In this document: positions 49,483 through 62,587 of the stretch, piece by piece | Layout of the letters: every line of letters starts with the position of its first letter | How positions within the stretch are numbered: position 1 is the stretch's first letter | The notes under the pieces: model-generated | What the model was told of the DNA's origin: nothing | Database searches by the model: none | Seen by the model: only the letters and a program-made list of their open reading frames with translations | Assembly (NCBI GenBank): GCA_951406725.2 | Contig: OX597814.1 | Span: forward strand, 55,924,001 to 55,988,000 | DNA from: Octopus vulgaris | Taxonomy: Eukaryota | Direction: 5' to 3' | DNA length: 64,000 bases | Program-made: the position numbers and the translations under genes

Positions 49483-51162
49483 AACAACAAACAAGATGAG
49501 GACAAATATCTGTCAGTTGTAAATAATGTAAATAATTACAGTTTGTTCTCATCTTAATAAACTACTGAGATGAAAAACTTTGATAACCAAGTTTTTTTTT
49601 TATCCCCCAGGAGGATATTTTGACTACTAATTGTTTCGATAAACTTGCTTGATTGAAGCTTTTCAATTCACTGTATTACATATGTGTGACACTTCCATAT
49701 TTGTATTTAGTATGCAAACACTCACCTGAAATATTTTCTCTCAGGTGTATTGTTACTAGTTATATAAAGCCTACTTAATACAAACGTATGTACATATTGA
49801 TCTCCATCCACTGAGTAGAATATGTTTTGTTGAAAAAATGTCTGTTGCTTTTACCAGTTGACTTGAAAAACCACACCCACTCCAAATTGCAATCTCTATA
49901 TTGTTCAAAATTCCAATCAACTGATCTTATTGGTGTAATTTCCCTTGCTTTTTTTTTTTTTTTTAATTTTAACTGCCTTCAATAATCACAGTTGACTGAA
50001 GTTTAAAAATTTTTTTTTTATCTCACTACATTGCATATCAGAAATGGTACTATATCTTATATACTGAATTCTTTCCTCAGCTATTTTCATTCAACCAATA
50101 TTTTCTGATATCCATAATTACTGTCACTTTATATGACTAAGTATGATAAGCAGTCATTTGTATAGAAGAAATTGTAACTGTTCCAGTTAGGCTAAAACAT
50201 TCAAGTAGAATTATGTTCTATAACCAGGATTATATTTTTTGAAGAATTTAAACATATAATGTATGACCTAAATTTAATTACTTTGCCAGTAGTATCAACA
50301 TATTCCTGCAGTTTCCCAAGAAATTTAAGAATTTCCAGCTCCAAAAATTTTTCGTTTTAATTATTTCTAGCTTCCTTTTTATTTTTAAAGCCACTCAGAA
50401 AATAACTTCAAATTAAAATAATAATGTGAAGTAATCCTTAAAAGTCTTTTGAGCTGGCAGCTATGGGTTTGATGTAAATAATATGCAAATACAAAAGGAA
50501 ATAAAATAGCCATTTTTCTACAAACATATTACAAAAGTAAAAATATGGGAAACAGAATTTTGCTTTCTTGAAAAGGGAAAACGATTTTAGATGCTATCAG
50601 CATGAAACTGGATTGTCATAAAATAACTCTTTCCTAGTTTTACAATATTTATCTTACATATCAGTAATTTTTACCTTCACAAGTATGCATTTTTCTTTAT
50701 GATTTTTGTGTGAAAATATGAAATATTTCACACATATTTCCTCTTTCCACTCTCCATTAATCTTTTTTGATGCTGTATTATCATCATCAACTCTTATATC
50801 TCCTTTCTGTCCTCTTTCTATCTCCCTTCTTTCTGTTTGCTATCTTCTCTTACCCTTTCTATCTATCCCTGAAAGCCTGTTGTTTGGAAGTCTGAATGTC
50901 TGTTGTTGTAGCCTTACTTTATCTGATGGAAAGTATTGACTTCCATGATCATAGGTATAGCTGTGTCGGTAAGATGTTTGTTTCACACTTGGAATAGAGT
51001 TCTAAGTTCAATCCCATTGCATGTACCATCTTGTGTGAGTATGTTTTTTTTTTTATCTTAGCCTTGGATTCCTGAATATTTTGTGAGAGGAATTTGGTAG
51101 ATGGAATTGTTGCAGAAATCTGATCTATATGTCAGATCTCTGCACCTATTCTATTGACCCTT

Positions 51163-51217
<55 letters not shown>

Positions 51218-51221
51218 ATAT

Positions 51222-51351
51222 TTAAATAAGAGCTACTAACAATTTCTTGCCATTGAGACACATGGTTAGGCAGATTCCTATAATGTGCCTTGGGTCTCCA
51301 AACAATCTTCATGTCTCAATGGCAAGAAACTATTAGTAGGTCTTATTTTAA
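51222..51351. repeat. hairpin or MITE-like inverted repeat (~40-bp arms, ~50-nt loop)
   Basis: aaataagagctactaacaatttcttgccattgagaca vs tgtctcaatggcaagaaactattagtaggtcttattt. Confidence 0.8.
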
Positions 51352-51431
51352 TACTATGTATATTTATGATATTTATTTTCTCACTGGAAGGAGTACTTTT
51401 TTGTTGACTTTATCATAACAAAACAGTAAAC

Positions 51432-51474
<43 letters not shown>

Positions 51475-51476
<2 letters not shown>

Positions 51477-51756
51477 TAGGGCAGTGGACTCGCAGTCGTA
51501 GGATCGCAGTTTCGATTCCCAGATCAGGCGTTGTGAGTGTTTATTGAGCGAAAATACCTAAAGCTCCATGAGGCTCTCAGGAAAGGAGGGGGGTGATCCC
51601 TGCTGTACTCTTTCACCACAACTTTCTCTCACTCTTTCTTCTGTTGGTCTACTCACTTAGCCAGCGGGGTGGCATCATTTGAAGGCTAAAACAATGCGAA
51701 GCACATTGTGACCAGCAATATGTAGCAACATCTGATAGCCTGGTCGGTCACGTGAT

Positions 51757-51763
<7 letters not shown>
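51475..51763 (+). mobile_element. SINE family F between (TG)n and (TA)n runs
   Basis: gttagggcagtggactcgcagtcgtaggatcgcagtttcgattccc head as at 45181; tail ends tcacgtgatcacgtga. Confidence 0.8.
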
Positions 51764-51806
<43 letters not shown>

Positions 51807-52564
51807 CCATCTTTTCATTCAAAAAGTTTCCATATGGTTTATATCTACCAATTTCATTCACAAGGTTTTGCTTGACTTTGATAGATTTTGGTCAACTTTA
51901 TGCTGTGATTGAAAAAAAGATGTCTAAAGCACTTTGCAGTGGATTCAAACCTGAAACAACATCCCACAATACCTGTGGCCTACACACACATACACTTATC
52001 ATCAGCATCAGCAGCAGCAGCATTTAGCATCTGTTTTCCATGCTGGCTTAGGTTGGACAGTTTGACAGGATCTGGTGAGCCACATGGTTCTGCCAAGTTC
52101 CAGTGTTGGCTTTGGCATGGTTTTTATTGTTGGATGCTCTTCCTAACATCAGCCACATTACAGTGTGTACCAAGTGCTTTTATTTGTGCCACCAGCACTA
52201 ATGAGGTTTGCCAAGTAACTTGCAAGAGAAAAAGAAAGGGGAAAAGGAAAGGCTCCCTGCTACTAAGTGGGGATGGAGGAGAAAGTGTATTTATGCCAGG
52301 TGTTTAAAAGCTAATCAACTACCTCTTCCCTTTAATTGTACTTTAATTAGAATCAGTTATTATTATCATCAGTTCTTATAAAAAAAATAAAAGGACACAG
52401 ATTCATAAGGGAAGGGTTGAACCAGTTCCAGTATATGATCAGTCCATATTTTATTGACCCGAGTGAAGTAAATAGTGAAGTTGACCTTGGAAAGATTTGA
52501 AATGAGAATCTAGAGGGGGGAAAGAAATTGTTATTGACAAGTTCCATGAAGCAAGGGGTAAGCC

Positions 52565-52772
52565 TTACCCCTTTCATTATTGTATTTAGAATTTCTCTGT
52601 GTTTCTTTCAATTAATTTTAAATATAACAAAGAATTTAGTAAAATAACTTAGTTATCATTAAGCTAATGTTAGGAACATAAATTGTGAGTAAAATTTTAA
52701 TTAAAAACTTATGGAAACAAAACATTTGTACTACAGAGCCAGAGGCAGTTTCAGCCAGGTTGGTATTGAAAT
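52565..52772. mobile_element. second, degraded copy of the 3807-4003 TTAA MITE, opposite orientation
   Basis: tgtgtttctttcaattaattttaaatataacaaagaatttagtaaaataac is the reverse complement of ~3921-3970. Confidence 0.75.
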
Positions 52773-53571
52773 TATGAAGATAAGACAAACCCAGTTTGCA
52801 ACATAACTTCAGCTTCTTTTCAAAATATTTCACTTCCAGTGTAACATTAAAAACACTTCTGTTTCTCATATTCCTTCCATTAAAGTATAGAATCTTTGTA
52901 TCAAGCTAAAAGAAGTCAATAAATTATTAAATCATGAATTGTTATGGTTTTCTGATCCCACTTCAGACAAAACCCATTTTACTTCTTTTCAGCTACCTGC
53001 CTGTTTTTGCATAAGGTCTCACAAAAGAGCCCTTTTAAAGAAATTCATACATGGAAGGTATAAAAAAGAAAACAAAATTTCATCTTAAAAATTTTTCTTA
53101 GGAGATAAATAAAATGTATTTCTATGCATGTCATTTGGGTTTAAGTGCTGTTTATTGGGGTGGCAAACATGGTGAAGTACTATATTGTTGAAGTAGATTG
53201 CTAAAAGCTACTCTCTAAAATATGCAATTTATATAGTGGAGAAAAACTTAAAATACATTTAAATTCTGGAGTTTAGATGGGTTAGTATCTTTTCTATAAT
53301 CCTTGTAGTTAACCTCAGCATCACCATCATCATCATACTTATTAGTTCAACAGTAATTTTTTTTTCTATGCTGCTTTAACTAAATGCATATGCACCCAGA
53401 ACTAGTCACATGCAGACCAAGATTACAAAGATACCAGCCTTATAGATACACATCTCTACACAAATCTCTTGCTACCTCAATCCTAACTCTTACAGAACAC
53501 CATAAGATTAGATCTAATCTCAGGCTTGATAATGATGGTGATTATCATTATCATTTATTGTTGTGGTAAAT

Positions 53572-54830
53572 AAGGTAGTGAGTTGGCAAAATTATTCGCA
53601 TGCTGGACAAAATGTTTAGTGACATTTCATCTGCCTTCATGTTCGTACCAGTTGGATGTAATCAACTTACACCCGACCCCCAAATTGTTGTCTGTATATC
53701 AAAATTTGAAATCATTATTATTATGGTGAATTATGAGTTCAAACTTGACAAGATCAACTTAATGTTTTGTCTTTTCTGAGTCAATAAAATAAATACCAGT
53801 TGAGCATTGGGATCGATATAATTGACTTAATGCCTCCCCTTAAATAGCTGGCCTTGTGCCAAAATTTGAAACTATTATCATTATTATAGTGGATTGGCAG
53901 AATCATTTGAGTATTTGTATTTGTTCCCGCTCTTTACATTTTGGGTTCAAATCCTACTGAGGGCAATTTTATGCTTTATCTCCCCAGGGATGATAAAATA
54001 AAGTACCTGTCTTATGTGGGAGTTAATGATATCAACTAACATTCCTCCTCAAAATTGCTGTCAAAATTAAAAACAACAACAATTACAATGATTTCAAATT
54101 TTGATACAAAGCCAGTAATTTGGGGTGAGCAGGTAAGTCGATTTCATTCATCCCTGTACTCAACTGGCACTTATTGACCCCCGAAAGGATGAAAGGCAAA
54201 GTCCACCTTAGTGGAATTTGAGCTCAGAACATAAAGATGGATGAAATGTTGCTTAGCATTTTGCCTGGTATGCTAATCATTCTGCCAGCTTGCTGCCTTA
54301 GTAATGATAATAATGATAATGATGAATTAACAATTTTTTCATCTTTTAATCAGTTACAAACAAGTGAAACGAGATAATATCATTTTTGTATTGCAAGGAA
54401 TGCAGAATAGTCCAGATAAATTTTTGAATTTTGGCACTCCTGTGCATTTTTCATCTTTGATTATCATTGTCTTATTTTGAACCTGAAGGAAACAGACATA
54501 TTGTTGAGATATTGTTTAGTTTAATAAACAAAGTTAATCTTATTGCATATCTTACTCTTCTAATTATGTATTTACTTTGATGAAGCAGTATGTCAATCTT
54601 CAATAATAATCATAATAGTAATAATAATTTCAAATTTTGGCTCAAGGCCAGCAATTTCTGGGGTGGGGGTTCATTGATTACATTGACCCCAGTGCTCAAC
54701 TGGTACTTATTTTATCAATCCTGAAAGGATGAAAAGTAAAGTTGACCCCAGTGGAATTCGAGCCGGATGAAATGCTACTATGCATTTCAAAGTTCAAATT
54801 CTGTCTGAATCAACTTTGCATTTCATCCAG
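53572..54830. mobile_element. cluster of SINE family B copies (three plus, then minus at 54090-54300 and 54628-54785)
   Basis: Repeated family B head, core and tail motifs in both orientations. Confidence 0.8.
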
Positions 54831-55424
54831 TTTTGTGAGCTTTGTTTTGGTATCTGTAACTCTACCACTAAGATTTGTGTGCTCCACCCCAAGTTAAAAA
54901 TCTTCATTTTTATTATTAGAATGTTGGAGTGCCTTGTGGTATTTAGTTACATATGACATCCTGCTGAGATAGGCGACTTTATCTTTCATCAATAAAAATG
55001 AATACCAATCAAAAAAACACAGTGATAAACTATGATCAACTTAATCTCCCCCCATATTAAATTCACCAATGTGTCAAGCCTGACTGGTTAACAGGGAAAC
55101 TGTTGTTACTATGGTAATGACAAACATTAGATTATTTGATCAGTTACTATACATAGAACTGCTATTTGATCCACACAGAAGCAAGGGTGTGTTCTGTCTG
55201 CATTGTAAAGAATGCTTATTATATGATATATTTCTATTGATGATTCCTTCAAACTGCCCCTAATAACCATTTTATTTAACTGACTACAAAACAGTATGTG
55301 ATAAACAATTAAGGAGGAACACACTATATGATGTAGGATGTGTAATGTATGAATTTACAAAAACTATATCAATATATATATATGTAAATGACGTTAAAGT
55401 CTATTTCTTTCATTGTTACATACA

Positions 55425-55616
55425 TGGGTGTTTGTGTGTATATGTTTGTATGTATGTATAAGTGTGTGTATATATGTATGTGTGTATACATATGTATGTT
55501 TATATATATGTGTGTGTATGTATATGTGTATGTATATATATGTGTATGCATATATCTATGTGTACATGTATATGTGTATGTGTGTATATATATGTATGTA
55601 TGTATTTATATATATT
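55425..55616. repeat. cryptic (TATG/TG/TA)n simple repeat
   Basis: Direct reading. Confidence 0.9.
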
Positions 55617-56217
55617 TGGGTTAAGAATCCATACAAATCAAAGCTTATAGTTAAAAAGTTAAAATGGAAACAGTACAAAAGTATGTTTAAAGATTTTTTT
55701 TATGTTACATTAAGTGACCTTTATAAAATACAAGCTGATACCTGGCAATTTTTACAATAGAATGTCTTATATAAATTTTTGTTTATTCCATGTCTCAACA
55801 TGCCTTCCCTGACTGATAGGCTTCTTGATCAGGATAGATTTGTGCAATTTTTTGCAAAAAAACTTCATTGAGGATTTCTTTTCCTTTTTAAATTATTTAC
55901 ATGTGTGTTTCAGCCGTTTCACATGACTTTATTCATTAAAACTTAATAAAACTTGATAATTTCTTACAATTTTAGTCTTTGTAATGCTTTACTTTCATTT
56001 GTTTAATAAAAATTCCTCCTCCTGATAATTTTGTTTTCATTTTATGATAGCTATCATGCAGAAAATGCCAGCTTGCAAATTCTGTTTTCTGATTAAATTT
56101 TAATCCTCAGTAACATTTTTCTGGAACAAATAAATAACAAAATTGGATTTAGTGTGGAAAATTATCTCAATATACGAAATTTGAAAATTTTGATGTAATT
56201 TTAAAATCTCAAAATGT

Positions 56218-56848
56218 AACAGCAGCAGAGAAGACCCTACAAAAATAGAGACAGACACTTACAGGATATGACACACACACACACACACACATTTACAAAT
56301 GTACGCACAGGTAATTACAAGTTTAAAATGGTGTAGATGTATGTACATATGTATGTGTGTGTGTGTCTGTGTCTTTGTAATGGACAGCAGAAAAGCCACC
56401 TGACCCCTCTCTCCTTAAAGTTACATATTTCTCACACTCACCTTTCTCTCCCTTCCTCAGCATTTTAAAAGTTGCTTGTGTGTGTGTGTGTGTGTGTGCA
56501 TGTATCTATGTATTTACAAAACTATGTATGCAGTGTCGTGTGTATATGACAGCTGTATTAACGTTACTATTCCATTGCCACTCCATATTTATTGCTCACA
56601 TAACACTGTTCTCCCCTTCAATCAATCACACTCAGTCTGCTTCTACTTTTCCCTCAGACTAATACTTTTTTCACCCTTCTCATTTTATCATATAATTTGC
56701 CCAACCCACCTAGGTGGCACATTATAGTTTTTTATTGAAATCCAATTAGCCTAGTGTAACATGTATGCAAAGTTTCATGAATATTGGTTCGCTGATTTAG
56801 GCAGTATGATGGTAAAAGACAGACAGAAATTGCCATTTATATATAAGA
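56218..56848 (-). mobile_element. degraded Helitron-like non-autonomous element
   Basis: Right end aagtttcatga...gacagacagaaattgccatttatatataagat parallels 9618-9712; left terminus decayed. Confidence 0.55.
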
Positions 56849-57454
56849 TTACCAGTATTAAAAATTCCAAGTCAAAAGTTAGGAAATTTTAAAAAAATAT
56901 TTTCCATTTTTTTTTCATATTTTTCCAATTTTTTGTTTTCTTATTTCTTAACTTTTCCTTATTTCCTAATTTTTGACTTTGAATTTTTAGCATTTGGTAA
57001 GATAGACATATACTTTGAAACCAGGAATATTTTATAAAAGTCATATAATGTAACAAATATAAAAAGATCTTTAAACATTCTTTTGTGCTGTTTCCACCTT
57101 TACTTTTTAACTATATATACACATACATATATACATATGAGGTCAAATTCAATACAGGGTCATTGGTTTAAGTTAAAAAGACAAAATGAAGGATTTGGGA
57201 TCAACCTTGCAAGATCAACAAGCCTAGACTGTATAAAGGTTTCTTATTTCTGCACAAGAGAAGGAGAATGAACATTGATAGTACAGAGAGGTCCAGAGTT
57301 ACAAGTTTTGATAACCTTCATTCTCTCTTTTCTCATTTATTAAACAAAGACTGGAAAATTTGGTGTATTTTTAATTCCATGGTACATATGTTTCGTTACA
57401 ATATAGAAGATACTTTATGTATATAAATATTATTATTAATCATAATAATTACTA

Positions 57455-57836
57455 TTGGTTTCGCATTTTGGCCCTAGGCCAAGAGTTTTAGTGTCATGGT
57501 AAATTGATTACACTGACCCTGACCCCAGTGCTCCACTGGTACTTATTTCATTGATCCTGAAAGGATAAAATGCAAAGTCAACCCCAGTAGTATTTGAACC
57601 GTGATGGATGAACTGTTGCTAAGCATTTTACCTGGTATGCTTATGGTTCTGCCAGCTCACCACCTTAATAATAATAATGATATTATAAGTATTAACAAGG
57701 CAGTGAGCTGGCAGAATCATTAGCATGCCAGGTAAAATGCTTAGCGGCACTTCATCTATCCTCACATTCTGAGTTCAAAGTTTGTTGAGGTTGACTTTGC
57801 TTTCATCCTCCTGGAGTAGATGAAATAAGTACCAGT
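57455..57836. mobile_element. head-to-head pair of SINE family B copies (57455-57666 minus, 57697-57836 plus)
   Basis: ttctgccagctcaccacctt ... aaggcagtgagctggcagaa with a 30-nt spacer. Confidence 0.85.
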
Positions 57837-59454
57837 AAATTAATAATGTGGAGAACATGCATAGAGGATCTCCTAAATGGTGCCTCCTCAGACAAAGATT
57901 CAAAAATAATTAGCGGAATATGCATATGTGCTTCATGAGGACACAACTTGAATTATAGCCCCTTCTACATACTATTTATAAAACAATATTTAGGTCTACT
58001 TCCTTAGTTGCTTCACACCTGGTTTGTTGTTTATTTGTAATTACACATATTTTGTGAGATTTTCTATTTATATCAAAACTTGCTTGAATTGTTACCTGAT
58101 AATTGGTTAATATAGAGTAAATACTAGTAAGAGTGGCAAGATGGTGAATACAAAAGATGGCTAAATGCATTACAATACCCAGTATTGCTTTTACATGCTA
58201 ATTTGAGATTCTGTTGAAGCTGTTTGTTTTCCATTACTCTGGGGGTCAATAAAACAAGTGCAAGTAATATTCTGGAGTTGATTCAATTGACTATACCTTT
58301 ACCAAAAATATCAGTGCTGTCTATTGTTCAAAATAATCAATATAGTATGAGGTAAATTCTGTTACATATATATATACTGTTGACCTAATTAATTCTGTTG
58401 GTGAGTTGTGGAAGCTGCTGACAACAAAATATAGGGTTCATAAGTGGGAAGGAAATGTTTTGAAATCTAATACAGCTATTGGTAATGAAAGCATTCATTA
58501 TCTGCATGAAATGTTGTTTGTATATGTTTTGAATCAGAAGTGTATTGATGGACATTGAATGCTGAGAGAATATAGCAACTGTAAAAAGAGCAAAGTAGGA
58601 TTTCTTTTGTATCTTTACAATGTGTCTAACATCCAAAATATTAAAAGACAATACTTTTGGTATCCTTAATTCCACCACAACCACCAAAAAAATCTCCCTA
58701 AACATTGCACTATACTTTAGAATTTGCACCTGCCCTAAGTTTTTCAAACTAGTCCTTTCAATGACTATCTGTTCCAGATGGGGTTTAAGGAAGAATTTAA
58801 GCAGATAAAAGTTGAAGAACATCAAAAGTTCTGATTAGAAGTGAAACAATGCTGATATGAGGCATGACATAACAAGTATAACATTTGTGGAAATATTAAG
58901 ATAGGTCAATTGGAAAGTGTAAATATTATTTGTAAACCCATGTGGTCACCTTTATTGAAATGCTTTAGTTGTCATTAAAATTGAATCTTTGAGATGACGG
59001 ACAGTAGTATTATAGATGATAGTTGTAACAACTATATATTAAAAAACATTTCTGGATGAAGTGGCTGTACTAATGGTCATTGTGACCCCCTGGGACAAGT
59101 GAGATTAATGCAGTCAGTGTTAGTATAATAAGGTTCCAGAGTTTAATACTTACTGAAACATAAATACATATTGTGAATTAAGTGCTGACATACTTAATGC
59201 AGTGAGCATAATAACTTTAATTAATAAAATCTGTACACATATCAAAGAGAAGAAAATGTAGCCAAATCAGTAGGAAGGGGAGCAGTTGAAAAATTAAAAG
59301 TTTGTGAAATAAGTTAAAGTACTAGAGTCCCAATTAATTAAAATTGGAAATGGGTAATATGATAAAGGGAAGGAAAATTTGATATTTGGCAGACATAGTA
59401 ACTTCTTAGTGTGTATGTATTATTGTCATTCATCATTTTAATGTTTATTTTTGT

Positions 59455-59790
59455 GTTGGCGAAAGAGATGCTGTAAAGAGAAGCAACTACAGAGGTGTCT
59501 GATTGACGGGTCTGGTTATGAAGGTTATTGAAAGCATTATAGCAGAACTGATTAGGAAAGTATTAGTCTAGACATGATGCATTTTGGATTTATACCTAGA
59601 GGAAGTTCCAACAATGGCCTTTGTTTAATGTAGCATCTACAGGAAAAGTACTTAGTTACTCTACTTGGCTTTTTAAACATAGGGAAGGCTTTTTGGCAGG
59701 GTTTTGCTCTCTGCAATCTGGTGGTCACTAAGAAAACTAAGGTTAGAGGGATGGTTTGTGGGAGATGTCTGCAATACAGTGTATTTCTCA
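59455..59790 (+). mobile_element. old RTE RT fragment related to the 34201-38912 family
   Basis: NYRGV*L..VMKVIE..., FGFIP, LQEKYL, IWWSLRKL, homologous to ~36655-36990. Confidence 0.8.
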
Positions 59791-59949
59791 ACTGTAGATA
59801 TTCACTATCAACATACACCACTTTTACACCTGGTACTCATTACTCATTCATATCATACATCCATATCAATTTCACTTGTACTGTCTGCATTTCTTAAATG
59901 TGGCTGCTATTTTCTCAGCTCACCTGCCCTCTCTCACCATCATTGCAAA

Positions 59950-60400
59950 CACAGTTGAACAGTCCTGACAAAGTATCTTCACAATTCACAATTTTCCACT
60001 GTTTACGATAACTGCTTCTTCCTGAGGTCTGTATCATCTGAAATTGACTGATAAACGTTTGAACTGGTCTTCCTTTACTGCAAATCGTAACCGTCTTAGA
60101 CAACTGTAGTTGTTATTTTGGGCAAGTTTCTGTCAAAACTTTAATTTGTGATACGTTGATACCAGTTTGTTTTGTAAACCCTTAGCATTTTAGCGTATGC
60201 ACCATCTAGTTTCTTTTCAAGCGCTTGTGTCAGGGTCCACATACCTGATCCATACACAACACTGACTCAAAACATAATGTAAACATGCAAGTTGACGCAT
60301 CTAACAGATCATCTACCTAAATTCTGTATGTCTTTTCCTCTTGATGTTCATGTCCTACAACCCTACAGATTGATAGTCTTTTACATGAGTTCCCTACATC
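59950..60400 (-). mobile_element. old RTE C-terminal fragment
   Basis: Minus-strand translation YGSGMWTLTQALEKKLDGAYAKMLR...LPKITT..RRLRFA..GRP. Confidence 0.75.
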
Positions 60401-62241
60401 CTATCTTGACACCTTTTCTTTTAAGGACCATATATAACTGGATAATTTGGTTGTTTTCCATTTATCCCAGTGTCTGAAGGTGTGATTGTTGAACTTTGCT
60501 TTAAAATTTCCATCTGTGAGACCCACATATTTCTTTGATGAAACTATATCCTTAGTGGTTGTAGAGTCTATAGTGGCTTCATAAATGATGGCCTCAGTCA
60601 CAAATTATTAGCAGGCACAAATTTTAAACTCTGCAGGAACAGCCGGCTTCATTTTGTTGTTTTTGTTTGTGTGCAATTATATTTTTAAAGTTAGTAGTAG
60701 AACTAAAACTAATTTTTAAGTTGTGCCTATTAAAGAGCTTTCTATAATTATGGTTGATTGGATAATGCCTATCTATAAGTGATAAGAAATATCTATCTGT
60801 ATTAAAGGTCACTTCGGGGGAGTAAGTTGGTGTGAACCAGATAATTTTCCTATTCCTATTTTTCCTTTTATTTGTTACTGGACTAATGACAAGTGTATAG
60901 GTTAATTCCTCACTAAAACCACTATCTTTTAGAGCTTTATCATATATTGGGGCAACACTATTAAAAATGTTTATACTGGAGGAGAGGCTAGAAATTCACT
61001 TGCTAATGTTTTTAACTAAATTCTTAACTACTATGGGTGGGGGAGATGGCAGGAACCTACATTAATATAGCTAAGTCTATCATTGAGCTTTCTGTAGGGT
61101 TTGTAAATATTCTTATTTAAATCTAAAGATACATCTAGGAAATTGACAACCATCAGGTTGGTATATATTGTTCAACAATCATGCCTTAAGCTTCAGACAC
61201 TGGGATAAACAGAAATCAACCAAATTATCCAGTTATATATGGTCCTTAAAAGAAAAAGGTGTCAGCTATAAGACTCACTGGAAGATCTTGGCTAAGTGTA
61301 AGTTTTACACCAATGGCAGTGGAAAGTGCGGTCTTTGTTATATGGAAAGATGGCTTCTCTGGAAAAGTTCTTTAGACCCCGCTACATATCTATATTCAAG
61401 AACTGAACTTTTTGGGTCATGTCCATATATGGCAAAACATTTGCTACGTTTTTGGACCCCCCAAGATCACAGATAGAACCTGATGTTTATATTATGTCCA
61501 CGTACAAGCCTTTCATAAGTCTTAACATTTCTTATATATTTCTTATAAATATTTTATTACTTTATATCATTTTTCTGTATATTATTTTTCACCCTTTATA
61601 ATTGTGTAACTTATACGCATGTAGTATATACCTAATTTGTATTTGCGTGCATATATACATGTGTATGAATGATTGTATATATTCTAGTGCAAGATACTAC
61701 CTGTTGTACTTGTCTCCTTCCTTCGTGCATATATGTATATACGTTTATATATCTGCAGGTGTAGATGTGTTTGACAGACAGGGAGGTGTATTTGTGTATA
61801 TACATATGTGAATATTTTACGGTTTATGTTTTTTGCATATGTTGTTTTTATTTGTATATTCATCTATCCGTGTATGTTTGTGCATATGCTTATAGACTAC
61901 GTTTTGTATATCCGTGTATGTATGTGTATGTGTGTATAGAGATGTGTATATGAATGCGTTTTTGCATGTTTTTATTTGTATATACATCTTTCCATGTATT
62001 TATATGCATGTGCGTATAAACTACGCTTTGTATATCCACGTATGCATGTATGTGTATCCGTGTATGTATATGCATGTGCGTATAAACTACGCTTTGTATA
62101 TCCACGTATGTGTGTGTGCATATAGAGATGTGTGTATATGAGTGTAGTGATGCGTGCATGGGTATATATGCGTGTATGTGCAGACATATATGTATATATG
62201 TGTGTTTGTATGTATATGTACACATGTACATGCGTGTGTGA

Positions 62242-62280
<39 letters not shown>

Positions 62281-62480
62281 TACATACATACATACATACA
62301 TGCGTGTGTATATGCAGATTCTATGAATGAAGTATTACTTTCACCATGCCTATTGGAGTAATTTCCCTTTATCCAACGATTTTTTTTCATAGCGTTTGTC
62401 TTAATAACTGATGAGATGCTGGAGCAGACTTCAGCCCCGGCATCCAAAACTCTGAGTTTTATTATGACAACCAGCTAATT
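60401..62480. mobile_element. Penelope-like element (RT C-terminus + GIY-YIG) with inverted 3' duplication
   Basis: Minus 61165->60401: VNFLDVSLDL..YKPYRK, IIWFTP, LFNRHNLKISFS, IIYEA..YVGLT..FNNH; plus 61168-61476 repeats FNNH..FRHWDK..TKLSSYIWSLKEK and continues KCGLC..E..RTELFGSC; microsatellite-rich 3' region. Confidence 0.9.
62402..62464 (+). ncRNA. hammerhead ribozyme motif at the Penelope 3' end (pLTR), core probably mutated
   Basis: UAAUAA CUGAUGA GAUGC-loop-GCAUC C[A for G]AAAC UCUGA GUU UUAUUA; stem I taataa/ttatta, near-palindromic stem III. Confidence 0.55.
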
Positions 62481-62587
62481 GTTACACACACACACACACA
62501 CATCTCGTCAGTAGTTCATATATCCAAAAATGAAATACACTCTAAAGCATTAGAGCAGTAATGTATATTTTAGGTAAGTTAAAAGTT

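Larger units (their letters stand above)
49079..49533. mobile_element. palindromic (head-to-head) tRNA-like, hammerhead-bearing retroelement with 16-bp TSD
   Basis: Arms ~49105-49307 and ~49322-49533 are reverse complements; aattacagtttgttct at 49063-49078 and 49534-49549; tRNA-like ggttaagagtgcgggctactaaccccaagattcc(g/a)agttcgattccagg. Confidence 0.85.

Noticed and set aside
51748-51763. Perfect palindromic double E-box tcacgtgatcacgtga
   Set aside because: It is the terminal repeat of a SINE tail; no evidence of regulatory function.
58385-58825. 146-aa minus-strand ORF
   Set aside because: AT-rich composition, no recognisable domain or splice context.
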